Positions 1 to 10,748 of a stretch of DNA of 64,000 nucleotides are shown piece after piece. The position numbers and the translations under genes were made by a program. The notes under the pieces were generated by a model. It was not told the origin of the DNA, searched no databases, and saw only the letters and a program-made list of their open reading frames with translations. The DNA comes from Candidatus Bathyarchaeota archaeon (lineage in GTDB: Archaea; Thermoproteota; Bathyarchaeia; Bathyarchaeales; Bathycorpusculaceae): contig CAWHXY010000007.1 of NCBI GenBank assembly GCA_963833575.1, forward strand, positions 608,001 through 672,000. Reading direction: 5' to 3'. How positions within the stretch are numbered: the stretch's first letter is position 1; each line of letters starts with the position of its first letter.

Positions 1-987
1 ATAAAAAAGATGGGTTATGAAATCATTCCTCAAGTTGGTTGCAGCGGCTACAGAATAGATATCGGCGTAATTGATCCAGTTAGTCCCGGATGTTATCTTC
101 TTGGAGTAGAATGCGATGGATCAACTTACAGATCAAGCAACAGTGCCCGGGACAGAGATCGCCTAAGAGAGCAAGTACTAACGAATTTGGGCTGGCGAAT
201 TCACCGTATTTGGTCACCTGCTTGGGTTGCAAGACGAGATTCTGAAATCAGACGTTTAAAAGATAATTTGGAACAAGCGCAACAGTTGCAGCTTGAAAAG
301 GAGGCTCAGAATCTAGTTGTTGATGATAAAGGAGATAATACTCCGAAGACAGATGTTCAAAAAATCCAGTTTGCAGGAATCGAAAAAATTGGTGTGCCTT
401 ATAAGATTCAACCGCTCAAAGCAGTGCATAATCCTTACATTAAAATCGCCACAGCGAACTCGACATATGATTCAAGACAAAAAAACGAGTTCCATTTCCC
501 TGAAAACAGAGAAAACCAAACAAAACTACTCTATGAGCTCGTTCAAAAAGAAGGCCCGGTTCATTTCGATTATGCAGTTGAACGTTTAGCATCTGCATGG
601 GGAGCAAAACAGGTAACACCTCAAATAACACACGCAGTTAAAGAGGCACTCAACAACTTACTAAAAGAACAAAAAGTGACTATCAAAGGCAGTTTTCTTT
701 GGCCGCCTGAACTTGCAGGAACTCCAATACGAATTCCTGTTCAAGGCATTCCTGAAACCAAACGGAAACCAGAATATATTGCGCCTGAAGAAGTTGAGTC
801 AGCTATGATGCTTGTTGCTCAATATGCCTTAGGAATCAGTGAAGACGCTTTAATTTCAGAGACAGCGAAAGTTTTCGGCTTGAACCATTCAGGAGGAGAC
901 GCCAAACAAGTTTTCTCTGAAATACTTAAGCAGTTGTTAAGAGACAGAAAACTGGTCGCCAAAGGCAACATCATTACCTTCGCTTAA
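1..987 (+). CDS. C-terminal part of a large helicase/nuclease protein (Vsr/MTES_1575-like endonuclease domain + DUF3320-like region); 5'-truncated by window edge
   Basis: Frame open from base 1; PQVGCSGYRIDIGV..LLGVECDG..YRSSNSARDRDRLR..VL..LGWRIHRIWS is typical of the C-terminal nuclease domain of DUF4011/DUF3320 SF1 helicases. Confidence 0.8.
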   Translation: MKKMGYEIIPQVGCSGYRIDIGVIDPVSPGCYLLGVECDGSTYRSSNSARDRDRLREQVLTNLGWRIHRIWSPAWVARRDSEIRRLKDNLEQAQQLQLEKEAQNLVVDDKGDNTPKTDVQKIQFAGIEKIGVPYKIQPLKAVHNPYIKIATANSTYDSRQKNEFHFPENRENQTKLLYELVQKEGPVHFDYAVERLASAWGAKQVTPQITHAVKEALNNLLKEQKVTIKGSFLWPPELAGTPIRIPVQGIPETKRKPEYIAPEEVESAMMLVAQYALGISEDALISETAKVFGLNHSGGDAKQVFSEILKQLLRDRKLVAKGNIITFA

Positions 988-1664
988 TCTTTATTTATTT
1001 CCTTTATTAGAACAGGCAAATCAGCTAATGCAGTTATAATATAGTTTGCTCCGCTATTTTTTAGCTGTTCAATTGTTGAAATTCCTGATGGAAAACCAAT
1101 TGCGATCGCTTTTAGTTCCTTGGCACTTTGCATGTCCACGATGCTATCTCCAACTATTACAGTTTCTTTTGGACGTATGTTTAATGTCTTAAGTGCAAGC
1201 TCAAACGGTTCTGTATTTGGTTTAACATCTTTTACTTTGTTTCTGGAAACTACAGCTTGGAAGAAATCTTGAATCTTAAAACGTTTAAGAATATAGTTGG
1301 TTGCCTTTTCACTATTTGTAGTACATAAACCCATCTTTGTTTTCATGCGTTTGAGTTCTTTTAGCATTTCGTTGGCTCCAATTTGCAAGCTAGTTGTTTG
1401 GGCGGCTTCCATTTCATATTTCTCGGCAATAGCTAAAGCTTGAGCACGGACTTCATCAAATGTTTCAGCGGGTTTACCGCTGTTCTTTAAGAAAATTTCT
1501 GTTTTTTTCAGCATTTCAAAAATGCTTTCATTAACATCTACAACTGAAGTTGGAACGCTCATTCTTATCAGGTAACTCCGGACTTCACCACGGAGAGATT
1601 TGAAATCTAAGTTGAAGTGGGCGAGTGTTCCGTCTAAGTCAAAGATTACAGATTGAACTGGCAC
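984..1664 (-). CDS. HAD-superfamily hydrolase (phosphoglycolate phosphatase-like)
   Basis: Motif I FDLDGTL, KP, VGDSIVD. Confidence 0.9.
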   Translation of the reverse strand: MPVQSVIFDLDGTLAHFNLDFKSLRGEVRSYLIRMSVPTSVVDVNESIFEMLKKTEIFLKNSGKPAETFDEVRAQALAIAEKYEMEAAQTTSLQIGANEMLKELKRMKTKMGLCTTNSEKATNYILKRFKIQDFFQAVVSRNKVKDVKPNTEPFELALKTLNIRPKETVIVGDSIVDMQSAKELKAIAIGFPSGISTIEQLKNSGANYIITALADLPVLIKEINKD

Positions 1665-1751
1665 AATTTTATGCTCCGTTTTCGAAAGTGAAACTGGGTT
1701 AACACTTGCTCAATTAGAAATATACTTTGTGGTTAGATATCGTTATCAGTG

Positions 1752-2723
1752 TTATCTTGTTATGATGACTTTCAGAGGCTTCTCCGATGGAGTATCAACC
1801 GTTTCCAATGCTTTTTCAAACTCATCAAGCTTAAATCTATGACTAATGAGCCCTTTTACATCTACAAGTTTTCTTTCAATTAATTCAATGGCTGAAGGGT
1901 ATTCAATAGGCGAAATGTAAATAGTGAAAAACATAGCTTCGTCAGCATCCTCCAAGTTCAAGTTACCCTTAGATTCTCCTACCAAAGCGACTTTACCAGC
2001 TTTCCTGACCAAATATGGAGTCTGCTCCACAGTACGTGAGGTTCCAGCAGCTTCAATTACCAAATCAGAACCCCTTTTGGTTAATTTCCTGACAGTTTCG
2101 ACGACATCTTCGGTTCTAGCGTTTATCACAACATCCGCACCGTACCTCTGGCTGCATTCAAGCCTGTAGTCTTCAAGATCTATTGCAATAACTCGGCATC
2201 CTTTCAGCAGTGCAACTTGGGTCATAAGCAAACCAATTGGACCTTGTCCAACAACGGTTACCCAATCACCTAAGTTCGGCTTCATGCAATCTAACACGCG
2301 CAGAGCCAAAGCCACAGGCTCAATAATTGCCGCTTCCTCGTCACTCACGCTATCGGGGACAGGGATTAAGCTTCTGGGTAACATAGCTTTGGATTCAGCG
2401 AAGAAACCGTCCCTTGTAAGCCCATAAAACTTGCCTCTGACACAATAAGTTGGCAGCCCCCGAAGACAATAGAAGCAGTGACCGCAATTTACAATAGGAA
2501 TCATAACCACGCGTTTACCCGTGTCTTCTTGATTTCCCCAAGCATCATGCCCAAAAATCATGCCTTTCTTCATCCATTTCCAATCGCCTCGGTAAAAATG
2601 CATATCGGTACCGCAGATACTTCCACCCTTAAACTTTACAAGCACTTTTCTATCTGAAACTTCAGGCTCAGGGACTTCTTCAATTTTGATATTATGTGCT
2701 CCTCGATAAACAACTGCCTTCAA
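1752..2723 (-). CDS. Zn-dependent alcohol dehydrogenase (threonine/sorbitol DH-like)
   Basis: ICGTD, GHD (GHE variant), CGHCFYC..C structural Zn site, GQGPIG Rossmann motif. Confidence 0.9.
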   Translation of the reverse strand: MKAVVYRGAHNIKIEEVPEPEVSDRKVLVKFKGGSICGTDMHFYRGDWKWMKKGMIFGHDAWGNQEDTGKRVVMIPIVNCGHCFYCLRGLPTYCVRGKFYGLTRDGFFAESKAMLPRSLIPVPDSVSDEEAAIIEPVALALRVLDCMKPNLGDWVTVVGQGPIGLLMTQVALLKGCRVIAIDLEDYRLECSQRYGADVVINARTEDVVETVRKLTKRGSDLVIEAAGTSRTVEQTPYLVRKAGKVALVGESKGNLNLEDADEAMFFTIYISPIEYPSAIELIERKLVDVKGLISHRFKLDEFEKALETVDTPSEKPLKVIITR

Positions 2724-2844
2724 AACTCATCAACCTCTGATAATTCAAGCATCAGTATTTGTGTATTAACTTTTTGCATTTTGAGAATTTTCGTTTTTGG
2801 GCTAGTTTAATAACTATAATGGCATATGCAAGGTTTGAGCGCAC

Positions 2845-3057
2845 ATGAATCTGGAAGAGTTAACTAAAGAGAGGATTTGGCAACTTCTTGTGGAAACAGT
2901 TCATGCTTCAGTTATGTACCCAACTCATAAATCATACACTCGAGACAGTATTTTGCCGCTGAATACAGACATTTCAGCAACCGAGCTTGCAGAACGACTT
3001 GGAATGCCTCTTGGCGAAGCACTTGTGATTTTGAGCGAGCTTGTACAATATAGTTAG
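2845..3057 (+). CDS. small hypothetical protein, HTH-like
   Basis: ISATELAERLGMPLGEA resembles an HTH; TATA-like sequence upstream. Confidence 0.6.
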   Translation: MNLEELTKERIWQLLVETVHASVMYPTHKSYTRDSILPLNTDISATELAERLGMPLGEALVILSELVQYS

Positions 3058-3134
3058 CGTCTGATTGTATGCTTGTTTTTTGTAGATTTTGTACATCTAG
3101 TTTAATAAGTACGTTATTTGAAGCGGTTGACTGC

Positions 3135-3158
3135 CGTTATGTTTAAATATTCACATCG
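3135..3158. promoter_or_regulatory. possible ModE operator overlapping tupA promoter
   Basis: CGTTATGT-N8-TCACATCG partly matches the ModE palindrome CGTTATRT-N8-AYATAACG; modE gene lies downstream of the operon. Confidence 0.3.
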
Positions 3159-3172
3159 TTTCCCTAAAAACA

Positions 3173-4564
3173 GTGAAAAAAATGAAAAGTACGCATATTA
3201 TCATAGCAGCAATTGTTATAATCGTTATTATCATTGGCGGAGTATTCGCTTACATATCCCTATCAACTCCTGCCTCGACACCTAATTCAACCCCTACTCC
3301 AACCCCTACAGCAACTTCGTCTCCTACCGCTTCACCGACACCAAATACATCAGCATCGCCCACACCAACTCCCTTTACAACACCATCTTCAACGCCGACT
3401 CCTGCAACATCTCCGACTTCAACTCCAACTCCTAGTGCGACAACGTTGAATATTGCAACAACCACAAGTCTTCATGACACAGGGCTGGAAGACACAGGAA
3501 TAAATGGCGACACAACAGGCACAATGAAAGCAGCTTTTGAAGCTAAGTATCCTTGGATAACTGTAAACTTCATCCCACTTGGAACTGGGGCAGCAATAGC
3601 TAGGGCAGAGGCAGGTGACGCAGACATGGTATTGGTTCATTCTCCCTCACAAGAACTCGCATTCCTAAACGGAGGATATGGAATAGACCGAAAAATCATA
3701 GCTTACAACTTCTTCACTATCGTTGGACCGGCAAACGACCCCGCAGGCATCAAAGGCATGACCAACGTTACACAAGCTCTAATCCAGCTCTACACCGCAG
3801 CACAAACAAATTCGCAGGTGCAGTGGGTCACAAGAAACGATGCCTCAGGTACAGCAACAGCAGAACAGAACCTATGGAAAGCCGCAGGCTATGCGAACTT
3901 TAATACTCTGCTGGCACAAACTTCATGGTTCCATGCAACTGGACAAGGGATGGGCGCAAGCTTGCTGGTAGCTAACAACGGCATCGGCGGAGGCTCACCT
4001 GCATACATTCTCAGCGACATGGGTACGTATTTGGCATACTCTAAAGCCGGCAACATTCCCCAACTAACCATCGAAATTCAAAACCAAAAAGCGTTACTAA
4101 ACGTGTATAGCGCCATAATTGATAATTTCCAAAATACCGCTTTGTCAAATACTCACTTTTACGCCGCACAAACATTCATAAACTATTTAGTCTCTACCGA
4201 AGGTCAACAGCTAATTGCGAATTTTGGAACATCAACCTACGGTCAACAACTTTTCGTTCCATTCGTACCTTTAGCTAGTGGTGCTGCACCCAACGCGACG
4301 TTACTAGGTTGGATTCAAAGCTACGCTTACATGAGCTACAATACTGCAACTAATTCAGCAATTATCAGTGCAAGCGGAACTGAATGTCCAACTCAATTCC
4401 GATCTTACGCAGGAGACATGTACTCGCCATCTTATGACACTGTGGCAAACATGAATCTCAACGCTTCAATAACCTCTCCAAACTATTATTCTACCGATGG
4501 ACAACAGCTTTTGCTTACGCAACCAACACCCACTCTAAGCAGTGGAAAATTCTACAAAGCATAA
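3173..4564 (+). CDS. tupA: tungstate ABC transporter substrate-binding protein with N-terminal TM anchor and Thr/Pro linker
   Basis: TTTS motif (ATTTSLHDTGL), GTGAAI, DMVLVHSP, RNDASGT; operon with permease and ATPase. Confidence 0.85.
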   Translation: MKKMKSTHIIIAAIVIIVIIIGGVFAYISLSTPASTPNSTPTPTPTATSSPTASPTPNTSASPTPTPFTTPSSTPTPATSPTSTPTPSATTLNIATTTSLHDTGLEDTGINGDTTGTMKAAFEAKYPWITVNFIPLGTGAAIARAEAGDADMVLVHSPSQELAFLNGGYGIDRKIIAYNFFTIVGPANDPAGIKGMTNVTQALIQLYTAAQTNSQVQWVTRNDASGTATAEQNLWKAAGYANFNTLLAQTSWFHATGQGMGASLLVANNGIGGGSPAYILSDMGTYLAYSKAGNIPQLTIEIQNQKALLNVYSAIIDNFQNTALSNTHFYAAQTFINYLVSTEGQQLIANFGTSTYGQQLFVPFVPLASGAAPNATLLGWIQSYAYMSYNTATNSAIISASGTECPTQFRSYAGDMYSPSYDTVANMNLNASITSPNYYSTDGQQLLLTQPTPTLSSGKFYKA

Positions 4565-4603
4565 TAGGGAAAACCTCAAATAAAATTCCCTTTATTTTCT
4601 TTT

Positions 4604-5377
4604 ATGATATGCATGGCGGATATTATCGTCCAATCCTTTCAACAAGCAATAAACTTACTTACCAGCGGCAATCCTGAAATCTATGCGACTGTTTACCGGA
4701 CAATCTATGTTGCAGGGGTAGGCGCACTTTTAGCATGTGTTTGGAGTGTTCCAATCGCTGTGCTGTTAGGCTTGTATAATTTTAAAGGAAAATGGGCAGT
4801 CAAAGGCTTCTTTAACGCCCTTATCGGCATCCCAACTGTTGCGCTCGGCTTGCTTATGTATTTGCTTTTGTCAAGGCAGGGTGAATTTGGTTTTTTGCAT
4901 CTCCTATACACACTTAATGGCATAGCTTTAGGTGATGCGATTCTTGTCTCTCCGTTAATTATTAGCTTCACAGCCAATGCATTAGGAACAGCGGATGTAC
5001 AACTCCGAGATTTGGCACGAACTCTTGGTGCGTCAGGTTTAAGAACGAACCTCAAGCTGATCCGAGAAACAATGTGGTCTATGATACTCTCGATTACAGC
5101 AGCTTTTAACAGAGGCTTTGGAGAACTCGGCATAGCCACACTGGTTGGCGCAAGTTTACTGGGAAATGGGACAGTATTTGGAGGGACCCGAGTCTTAACT
5201 ACAGCTATTGCGTTGGAAACAAACTTCGGACGCTTCGACATTGCGATGGCATATGCCATTATCCTTATGGCAATTGTAATTGCGTTGGCATTAACTCTTA
5301 GCTTAATAGAACGACTGCGACAGGAAGATGGATTACACGTAAAACTCTCATTCTGGAGAGGTTTGGGAGGAAGCTAA
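4604..5377 (+). CDS. tupB: tungstate ABC transporter permease
   Basis: IPTVALGL..YLLLSRQG, ARTLGAS, ELG, TRVLTTAIALET. Confidence 0.85.
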   Translation: MICMADIIVQSFQQAINLLTSGNPEIYATVYRTIYVAGVGALLACVWSVPIAVLLGLYNFKGKWAVKGFFNALIGIPTVALGLLMYLLLSRQGEFGFLHLLYTLNGIALGDAILVSPLIISFTANALGTADVQLRDLARTLGASGLRTNLKLIRETMWSMILSITAAFNRGFGELGIATLVGASLLGNGTVFGGTRVLTTAIALETNFGRFDIAMAYAIILMAIVIALALTLSLIERLRQEDGLHVKLSFWRGLGGS

Positions 5378-6094
5378 TTGAGCCTTCAACTGCAGCTTGT
5401 AGATATTAAGAAAAGCTACCGTAATGTTGCAGCTTTAGATTCAGTGTCTCTTGAAATGCAGGGAGGCAAAATCATTGTATTATTAGGGGTTAACGGGGCG
5501 GGAAAAACAACACTCATGCGCATCATGGCTGGCTTAGAAAACGCTGACAGTGGACAATTACTTTTCAATAACCAAAACATAGATTGTACAGCTTTACGCC
5601 AAGTATCAACGCTGGTTTTTCAGAAAAGTGCCATGTTCAGCAGCAATGTTTATGATAACTTAGCATATGGACTAAAAATAAGAAAGATTCCAAAAGAGGA
5701 AATTGAAAAGAAGATAACCGATGCCTTGCAAGCAGTTAGGCTTTCAGGGTTTGAAAAGCGCAGGGCAAAAAAGACTTCGGGCGGCGAGCAGCAGAGAATT
5801 GCGTTAGCCAGAGCTTTTTTGCTTGAATCGAATGTTTTTCTCCTAGACGAGCCAACGGCTAATTTGGATCCCAACAGTGCATCCATTATTGAAAAAGCGA
5901 TAGTTAGCCGGAAAAGGAACGATCGAATTATTGTAATGGCAACTCATAATCTAACTCAGGCAAGAAGAATAGCTGATGAAATAGTCCATATCTACAACGG
6001 TAAGATAGTAGAGGCTGCAGACCCAAAGAATTTCTTTGAAAACCCTAAAAGTGAAATTTCGCGCAAATTTGTTAACGGAGAATTAGAATTCTAA
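5378..6094 (+). CDS. tupC: tungstate ABC transporter ATP-binding protein
   Basis: Walker A GVNGAGKT, SGGEQQR, LLDEPT. Confidence 0.85.
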   Translation: MSLQLQLVDIKKSYRNVAALDSVSLEMQGGKIIVLLGVNGAGKTTLMRIMAGLENADSGQLLFNNQNIDCTALRQVSTLVFQKSAMFSSNVYDNLAYGLKIRKIPKEEIEKKITDALQAVRLSGFEKRRAKKTSGGEQQRIALARAFLLESNVFLLDEPTANLDPNSASIIEKAIVSRKRNDRIIVMATHNLTQARRIADEIVHIYNGKIVEAADPKNFFENPKSEISRKFVNGELEF

Positions 6095-6186
6095 TTTCTT
6101 CTATCCGAAGTAACTTAGTTTGCGCAAACCCGATTTTTTCTTTTTGATTAGCTTTATATGGTCTTTTTGACATAACCGTATTTAGA

Positions 6187-6744
6187 ATGCTCACTGATAA
6201 AAAACACAAATTCTCATGCAAGGTATGGCTGGAATACAAAGATAAGCCTGTAATTGGTAAGGGCGGAGCTGAAATTCTAGAAGCCATTGAGAAAGAAAAC
6301 TCGCTTACATCAGCTGCGGAGACCTTAGGAATGTCATATCGCTACGTTTGGAATTATGTTCAGGGCATTCAGAAGACTTTAGATCAATCTATAGTTGAAA
6401 CGCATAAAGGCGGAAAATCTGGCGGTGGTGGAGCGCTGCTGACTGATTTAGGCAAAAGTTTACTTGCAGAGTATAAGCAAGTTGAGAGCTATATGGGCAA
6501 GGTTTTGACAAGTTCAGAGAGTTTGGAGGTGAAAAGTTTGAAGTTGAGTGCAAGAAATCGGTTTAAAGGAAAAGTTATTGCTGTTGAAAAAGGGGTTATT
6601 ACCGCAAAAGTAAAAGTTGAGGTAAAGATGCCTGTCACGGTTACGGCAGTTATAACAAAGGACGCGGTTGAAGATTTAGATATTAAAGTCGGCGATGAAG
6701 TGGAAGCAATAGTTAAGTCAACAGAAGTAATGATTGCTAAATAA
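6187..6744 (+). CDS. modE: ModE-family regulator (wHTH + TOBE)
   Basis: SLTSAAETLGMSYRYVW, GGKSGGGA, SARNRFKG molybdate-binding motif. Confidence 0.85.
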   Translation: MLTDKKHKFSCKVWLEYKDKPVIGKGGAEILEAIEKENSLTSAAETLGMSYRYVWNYVQGIQKTLDQSIVETHKGGKSGGGGALLTDLGKSLLAEYKQVESYMGKVLTSSESLEVKSLKLSARNRFKGKVIAVEKGVITAKVKVEVKMPVTVTAVITKDAVEDLDIKVGDEVEAIVKSTEVMIAK

Positions 6745-6904
6745 CCCATATTTTATTTTGTTTTTCTCAAAAAGAACAACAGCAGTTGGAATTGCAATTT
6801 TTGAGCAAACGAGTTTGAATTGCTTTTTTAAAATTAAGCTTAAGTCATCTGCAAGTAGGTTCAATATTAGACAATGAAAATCATGAAAATAAAAATTTTA
6901 GGGA

Positions 6905-7456
6905 CTATTCTACTACGTATCTGTAAGTGATATGTTCGCCTGCGGTTGCGCTTTTTCTGGTGATTTTTAGCACGTCGCCTGGTTTTGCTCCGATGACTTT
7001 GACTGCGGGGTCACCTGATTTTATTTGTGGCATTTGGTAGGGTTTAACTTTGAATTGAGTGAGAAGTTGGTTTTTTTCTTTTTCGCTTAGGATTTCGTGG
7101 AAGGGAACTAGTGCATGTTCAAAAATGTCGAAGACTGGGAAAGATTTTGGTAGTAATTCTACTTGTTTCTTTTTTGCGCCAAGCTTCACTGCGTGTGTGT
7201 AGCGTCCTTCAGTAACTACGATTGCACGGTCAATCTCTTTTTCTTTCATCACTTTGTAGAGAGTGTTCATGGCTGCAATACCGACAGTTGCTTCTCCCAG
7301 GATACACCAGATGAGCGCTTTTTCTTTATCCTGCGGAATATCAATTATGTATCCGACGGCACCTTCAGATTTTTCTTTCTCAAGTAACTTGTATTTTCGA
7401 AGTTTAATCAGGACTTCTGCCTTGCGTTCTTCAATTGTTTCCATTTTAGCGCTCAA
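6905..7456 (-). CDS. rpo5: RNA polymerase subunit Rpo5 (RpoH) with long N-terminal extension
   Basis: C-terminal [52 protein letters not shown] is canonical Rpo5/RPB5-C. Confidence 0.95.
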   Translation of the reverse strand: MSAKMETIEERKAEVLIKLRKYKLLEKEKSEGAVGYIIDIPQDKEKALIWCILGEATVGIAAMNTLYKVMKEKEIDRAIVVTEGRYTHAVKLGAKKKQVELLPKSFPVFDIFEHALVPFHEILSEKEKNQLLTQFKVKPYQMPQIKSGDPAVKVIGAKPGDVLKITRKSATAGEHITYRYVVE

Positions 7457-7547
7457 ACTATAAACCTCAAAGATTAGGAATACGCGAAACCATAAGAAAC
7501 TATTGCCCTTAAACTTTTCCCCTTAAAAAAGGGTTGTGCTTAACTAT

Positions 7548-8126
7548 CTATGCTTTTATCAGTTTGTAGCCTATTTTTGGCCCCATTCCATACTGGTAGG
7601 CTAAGTTGATTATCATTATTCCCATGGCTTCCAGATATCGCGCTGCTTTCAATGGTCCGCAATCCACGGGGTCAAAACCGATGTCTCTTGTTAACTGGGC
7701 TACCGTTTGTTTCGCTTGTAAATCGTCGCCTGCAATAAACGCTGTTAGTTGTTCTTTGCCGATTTTGCCGCTGCTTTGGTTTTGAGCAAATACCGTGTTG
7801 AATGCTTTAACTACGTGGGCTTTAGGCAGTTTTTTCTGTATCTCTTCGGCAGAGGAAGTAGTGCAACTTATTGTTAACCCACCATTGGATCCTACTGCAT
7901 TAATTACGTCAACAACTATTTTTCCGTCGACATAAGATCTTATTTCTTCAACGGCATCATTGGCACTGCCGTGCGGAACAGCAAGAATAATGACTTCACC
8001 CCATTTTGTTGCTTCAGAAACAGGCTCAGCAGGATCCCGATGACCAAATTTTGTTTCATGCTTGACGCTTAGACCATTGCATAATGCGGTGCCAACATTG
8101 CCTTTTCCTATGATAGCAATTTTCAC
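7548..8126 (-). CDS. NADPH-dependent F420 reductase family oxidoreductase
   Basis: GKGNVG, ILAVP, VVKAFNT, IAGDD, GFDPVDCGPL. Confidence 0.85.
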   Translation of the reverse strand: MKIAIIGKGNVGTALCNGLSVKHETKFGHRDPAEPVSEATKWGEVIILAVPHGSANDAVEEIRSYVDGKIVVDVINAVGSNGGLTISCTTSSAEEIQKKLPKAHVVKAFNTVFAQNQSSGKIGKEQLTAFIAGDDLQAKQTVAQLTRDIGFDPVDCGPLKAARYLEAMGIMIINLAYQYGMGPKIGYKLIKA

Positions 8127-8492
8127 AGAGATTCATCTGAAAATAATGAGGTTAGTTTGAGTTCATTAGAAATTGTGATTGCATAATGCCTACAACTAAC
8201 TCTTCTATGGGAAACAAAGGGGTTAACCCAAGGCTTTGATTGAAATAGCATTTATTTTACAAATCTTTTTTGTTTGCGAGTTGCTTGATTTGATAATTTA
8301 TTTTAGAAACTGTTCAAACCGTTTCGTTCTCAGAAAGATTTACTTATCCAAAATGAAATTGAAGCCAGAATCATTGTTTGAAAAGATCAAGCATTTATGC
8401 AAAACTGATGAAAGAAAGAAAAGAAACAATTTGAGAGAAGGCATTAAACCCAATAGCATAAACAAAGTTTTCTAAGTTGGAGAATACTGGCA

Positions 8493-8708
8493 TTAAGCTT
8501 TCTTTGGTTTTATGGCTAGCTTCAAAGTAACGTTGACATCATATTCTTTTTCCATTTTTCCAACTGAAACATTCCATTCCTTGACTTCAACGTCCATATC
8601 CTTGAAGTGGGTCATAATTGATTCCCTGTATTGGTTAACCGTTTCGCCAATCTTCGAGATCCTTTCAGCAATATCCATATGTTTTTCAGACAATTTTCCA
8701 CCTCCCAT
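8493..8708 (-). CDS. small hypothetical protein
   Basis: Compact ORF with protein-like charged composition. Confidence 0.55.
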   Translation of the reverse strand: MGGGKLSEKHMDIAERISKIGETVNQYRESIMTHFKDMDVEVKEWNVSVGKMEKEYDVNVTLKLAIKPKKA

Positions 8709-8917
8709 ACCGAGAGCACTGTATATTCAAGTAAATCTGGTTCAAGCTTTCTTAAGCCTATGTGGCTGTAGCGAGACAACAACAAAGTCACAGCAAGACG
8801 CTAAATACTTACATAATAAGAAAGGCCCAACCTAAAATCACCCTCTCCTTCGGGAAAACTTGACTTGCTCTATATTTCGTTCTGATTAGTTTCTTCAGAT
8901 GGTTTGATACTTCTAAA

Positions 8918-10369
8918 TTAAGTTACGAGCGTTAAGTGACCGCTATCTATAGTTAAATCAACTGTGTAGCCTGAATTTGGAATTGTGCGAGTTTCGTTAT
9001 TTAGAGTAGTTAATACAAATGGTTTGGTTGCTTCGAAAATTTCGTGGTATGTTCCAAGCTTAACTAGAATGGTGTCGTTTTGGTTAGTTGCATACGATGA
9101 TAGTGCTTCTTGGATACTATTGTATCCTAAACCATTGTTTTGGTCTATTACTGGGTAGGTGACGTTTGATTCAAAGTCTTTAGGCCAATAAACGATTTTG
9201 CCATATTTGTTCTGCACGGTATTTTGGAATTGTGGGTCACTGTAGATGATGTTCAGGCTTGAATTGTATTGGTTAACCAGGTTTGTAACGTCCTTGTACA
9301 TTTTGACTGTCCAATTATCGGGCAAATGATAGCGCCATACTGAATCGTCAGGGCTGCGAAAGCCAAAAGCGTAGTATTGCGGAAGAACAAGTGCAGTATC
9401 TGCTGTGAGAACCCCGTGTTTGTCGGGGTTATGCTGCATGTAGCTCCAGAAATTTTTTAGTGCGTTGTAGTGGTCTTGCGTTAGTGTAGTGCCTGTGTAG
9501 TTTTGTGTTGAGTCGTAGATCACTATGTAGTTTGCACCTGAATTATAAGCCAAAACCATGTCATCGTATAGTTGAGGCCCAGACTCCAAATAGGGCGTTT
9601 GCCTATATGTCCATGTTATTATCGCTCCCCAATCCTTGTCTTGTGCCTGAGCCGCTCCTCTAACCAGTGAGATTTGTAAAGGTCTGCTATTATTCCATCC
9701 AAACTGAGCAAAAAGTGTGTCGTATCCAACTAAATAGTCAAACCAATACAACGCATAGTCTGAGGCAAAAACTGAAGAATTTAGACTGTGAGTAAAATTA
9801 GCGACCGCAGGCACACCACCACCATGAGTCCAAAGCCAATAAAAGTTTACATAATACTCCTCATAACTTATTGGCGAATCAATAGGCGGTTTTGCGCTAA
9901 ATGGGCCACTTTGGTCAAGTTGGATCCCTCCGGCTTCGTCATAAAAGTATATGCCAAGCATATGGTTACCATAGCGCTGTTTAGCTGCTGCGAACCATGT
10001 TGAAGGTGAATAATGATTCGTTACGCCCGGATAGTCACCTGATACAGTCATGTTCTGATAGTAGACAATGAGGTACATACCCGCCTTGTAAGCGTAATCA
10101 CACGTTTCATTAAGCAATGCCTCATTTGCAAGAATTAGAGACGACGCAATAATAAACAAGTTAGTGTAATCTTTAACGTTATCAATCAGTATTTTGCAGT
10201 CGCTGAAATTACTATCCCAACCCGTTTCAATTCCTACAAGAGGAGAGGGTAAACCTGCAGTCTGCTTTGACGGCGCAGGTAAAACTGTTAGAGCTACAAA
10301 AAAGGACACGATAATAACCACTACTAAGAAGATGGCTATGAAAATGTTTCTTTTCTTCGCCGTTATCAT
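8918..10369 (-). CDS. membrane-anchored secreted protein (possible TIM-barrel domain, truncated beta-helix start at C-terminus)
   Basis: N-terminal TM; GIYFYDEAGG; C-terminal YNSIQEAL..DTILVKLGTYHE resembles the start of CASH/NosD domains. Confidence 0.7.
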   Translation of the reverse strand: MITAKKRNIFIAIFLVVVIIVSFFVALTVLPAPSKQTAGLPSPLVGIETGWDSNFSDCKILIDNVKDYTNLFIIASSLILANEALLNETCDYAYKAGMYLIVYYQNMTVSGDYPGVTNHYSPSTWFAAAKQRYGNHMLGIYFYDEAGGIQLDQSGPFSAKPPIDSPISYEEYYVNFYWLWTHGGGVPAVANFTHSLNSSVFASDYALYWFDYLVGYDTLFAQFGWNNSRPLQISLVRGAAQAQDKDWGAIITWTYRQTPYLESGPQLYDDMVLAYNSGANYIVIYDSTQNYTGTTLTQDHYNALKNFWSYMQHNPDKHGVLTADTALVLPQYYAFGFRSPDDSVWRYHLPDNWTVKMYKDVTNLVNQYNSSLNIIYSDPQFQNTVQNKYGKIVYWPKDFESNVTYPVIDQNNGLGYNSIQEALSSYATNQNDTILVKLGTYHEIFEATKPFVLTTLNNETRTIPNSGYTVDLTIDSGHLTLVT

Positions 10370-10748
10370 ACCCTCAACTTTATCGTACTATAATTTTGTC
10401 CAAATTATTTGAATATACCCTCTCTTATGTTCACATTCACTTCTACAATCTGTAGATGTTCGAACTAAGCAAATCTAAAAGAACAACAACCGTTGGTTGT
10501 CACACTTGGGTATTGTTCTTCTCTTGAAAAAAGAAAGGCAACGGAATTAACATAGTGTCATCCTTTTACTTCTTCTAAGCTTCTAAAAGAAGAAGAAACT
10601 TGCGGGGTGCACACCTCTTCTTTCAACTTGCTAATCCGTTAGCCTTGTCGCAACATTTTGCGTCTATTTTAACAAGTTAAGAAAATCCCTAAGATATTCG
10701 GGATAACACCTATCTACGATCACGCATATGTATTATTAGGTATAGAAT

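Noticed and set aside
3265-3440. Low-complexity ACx/CCx repeats
   Set aside because: They encode the ordinary Thr/Pro/Ser linker of TupA
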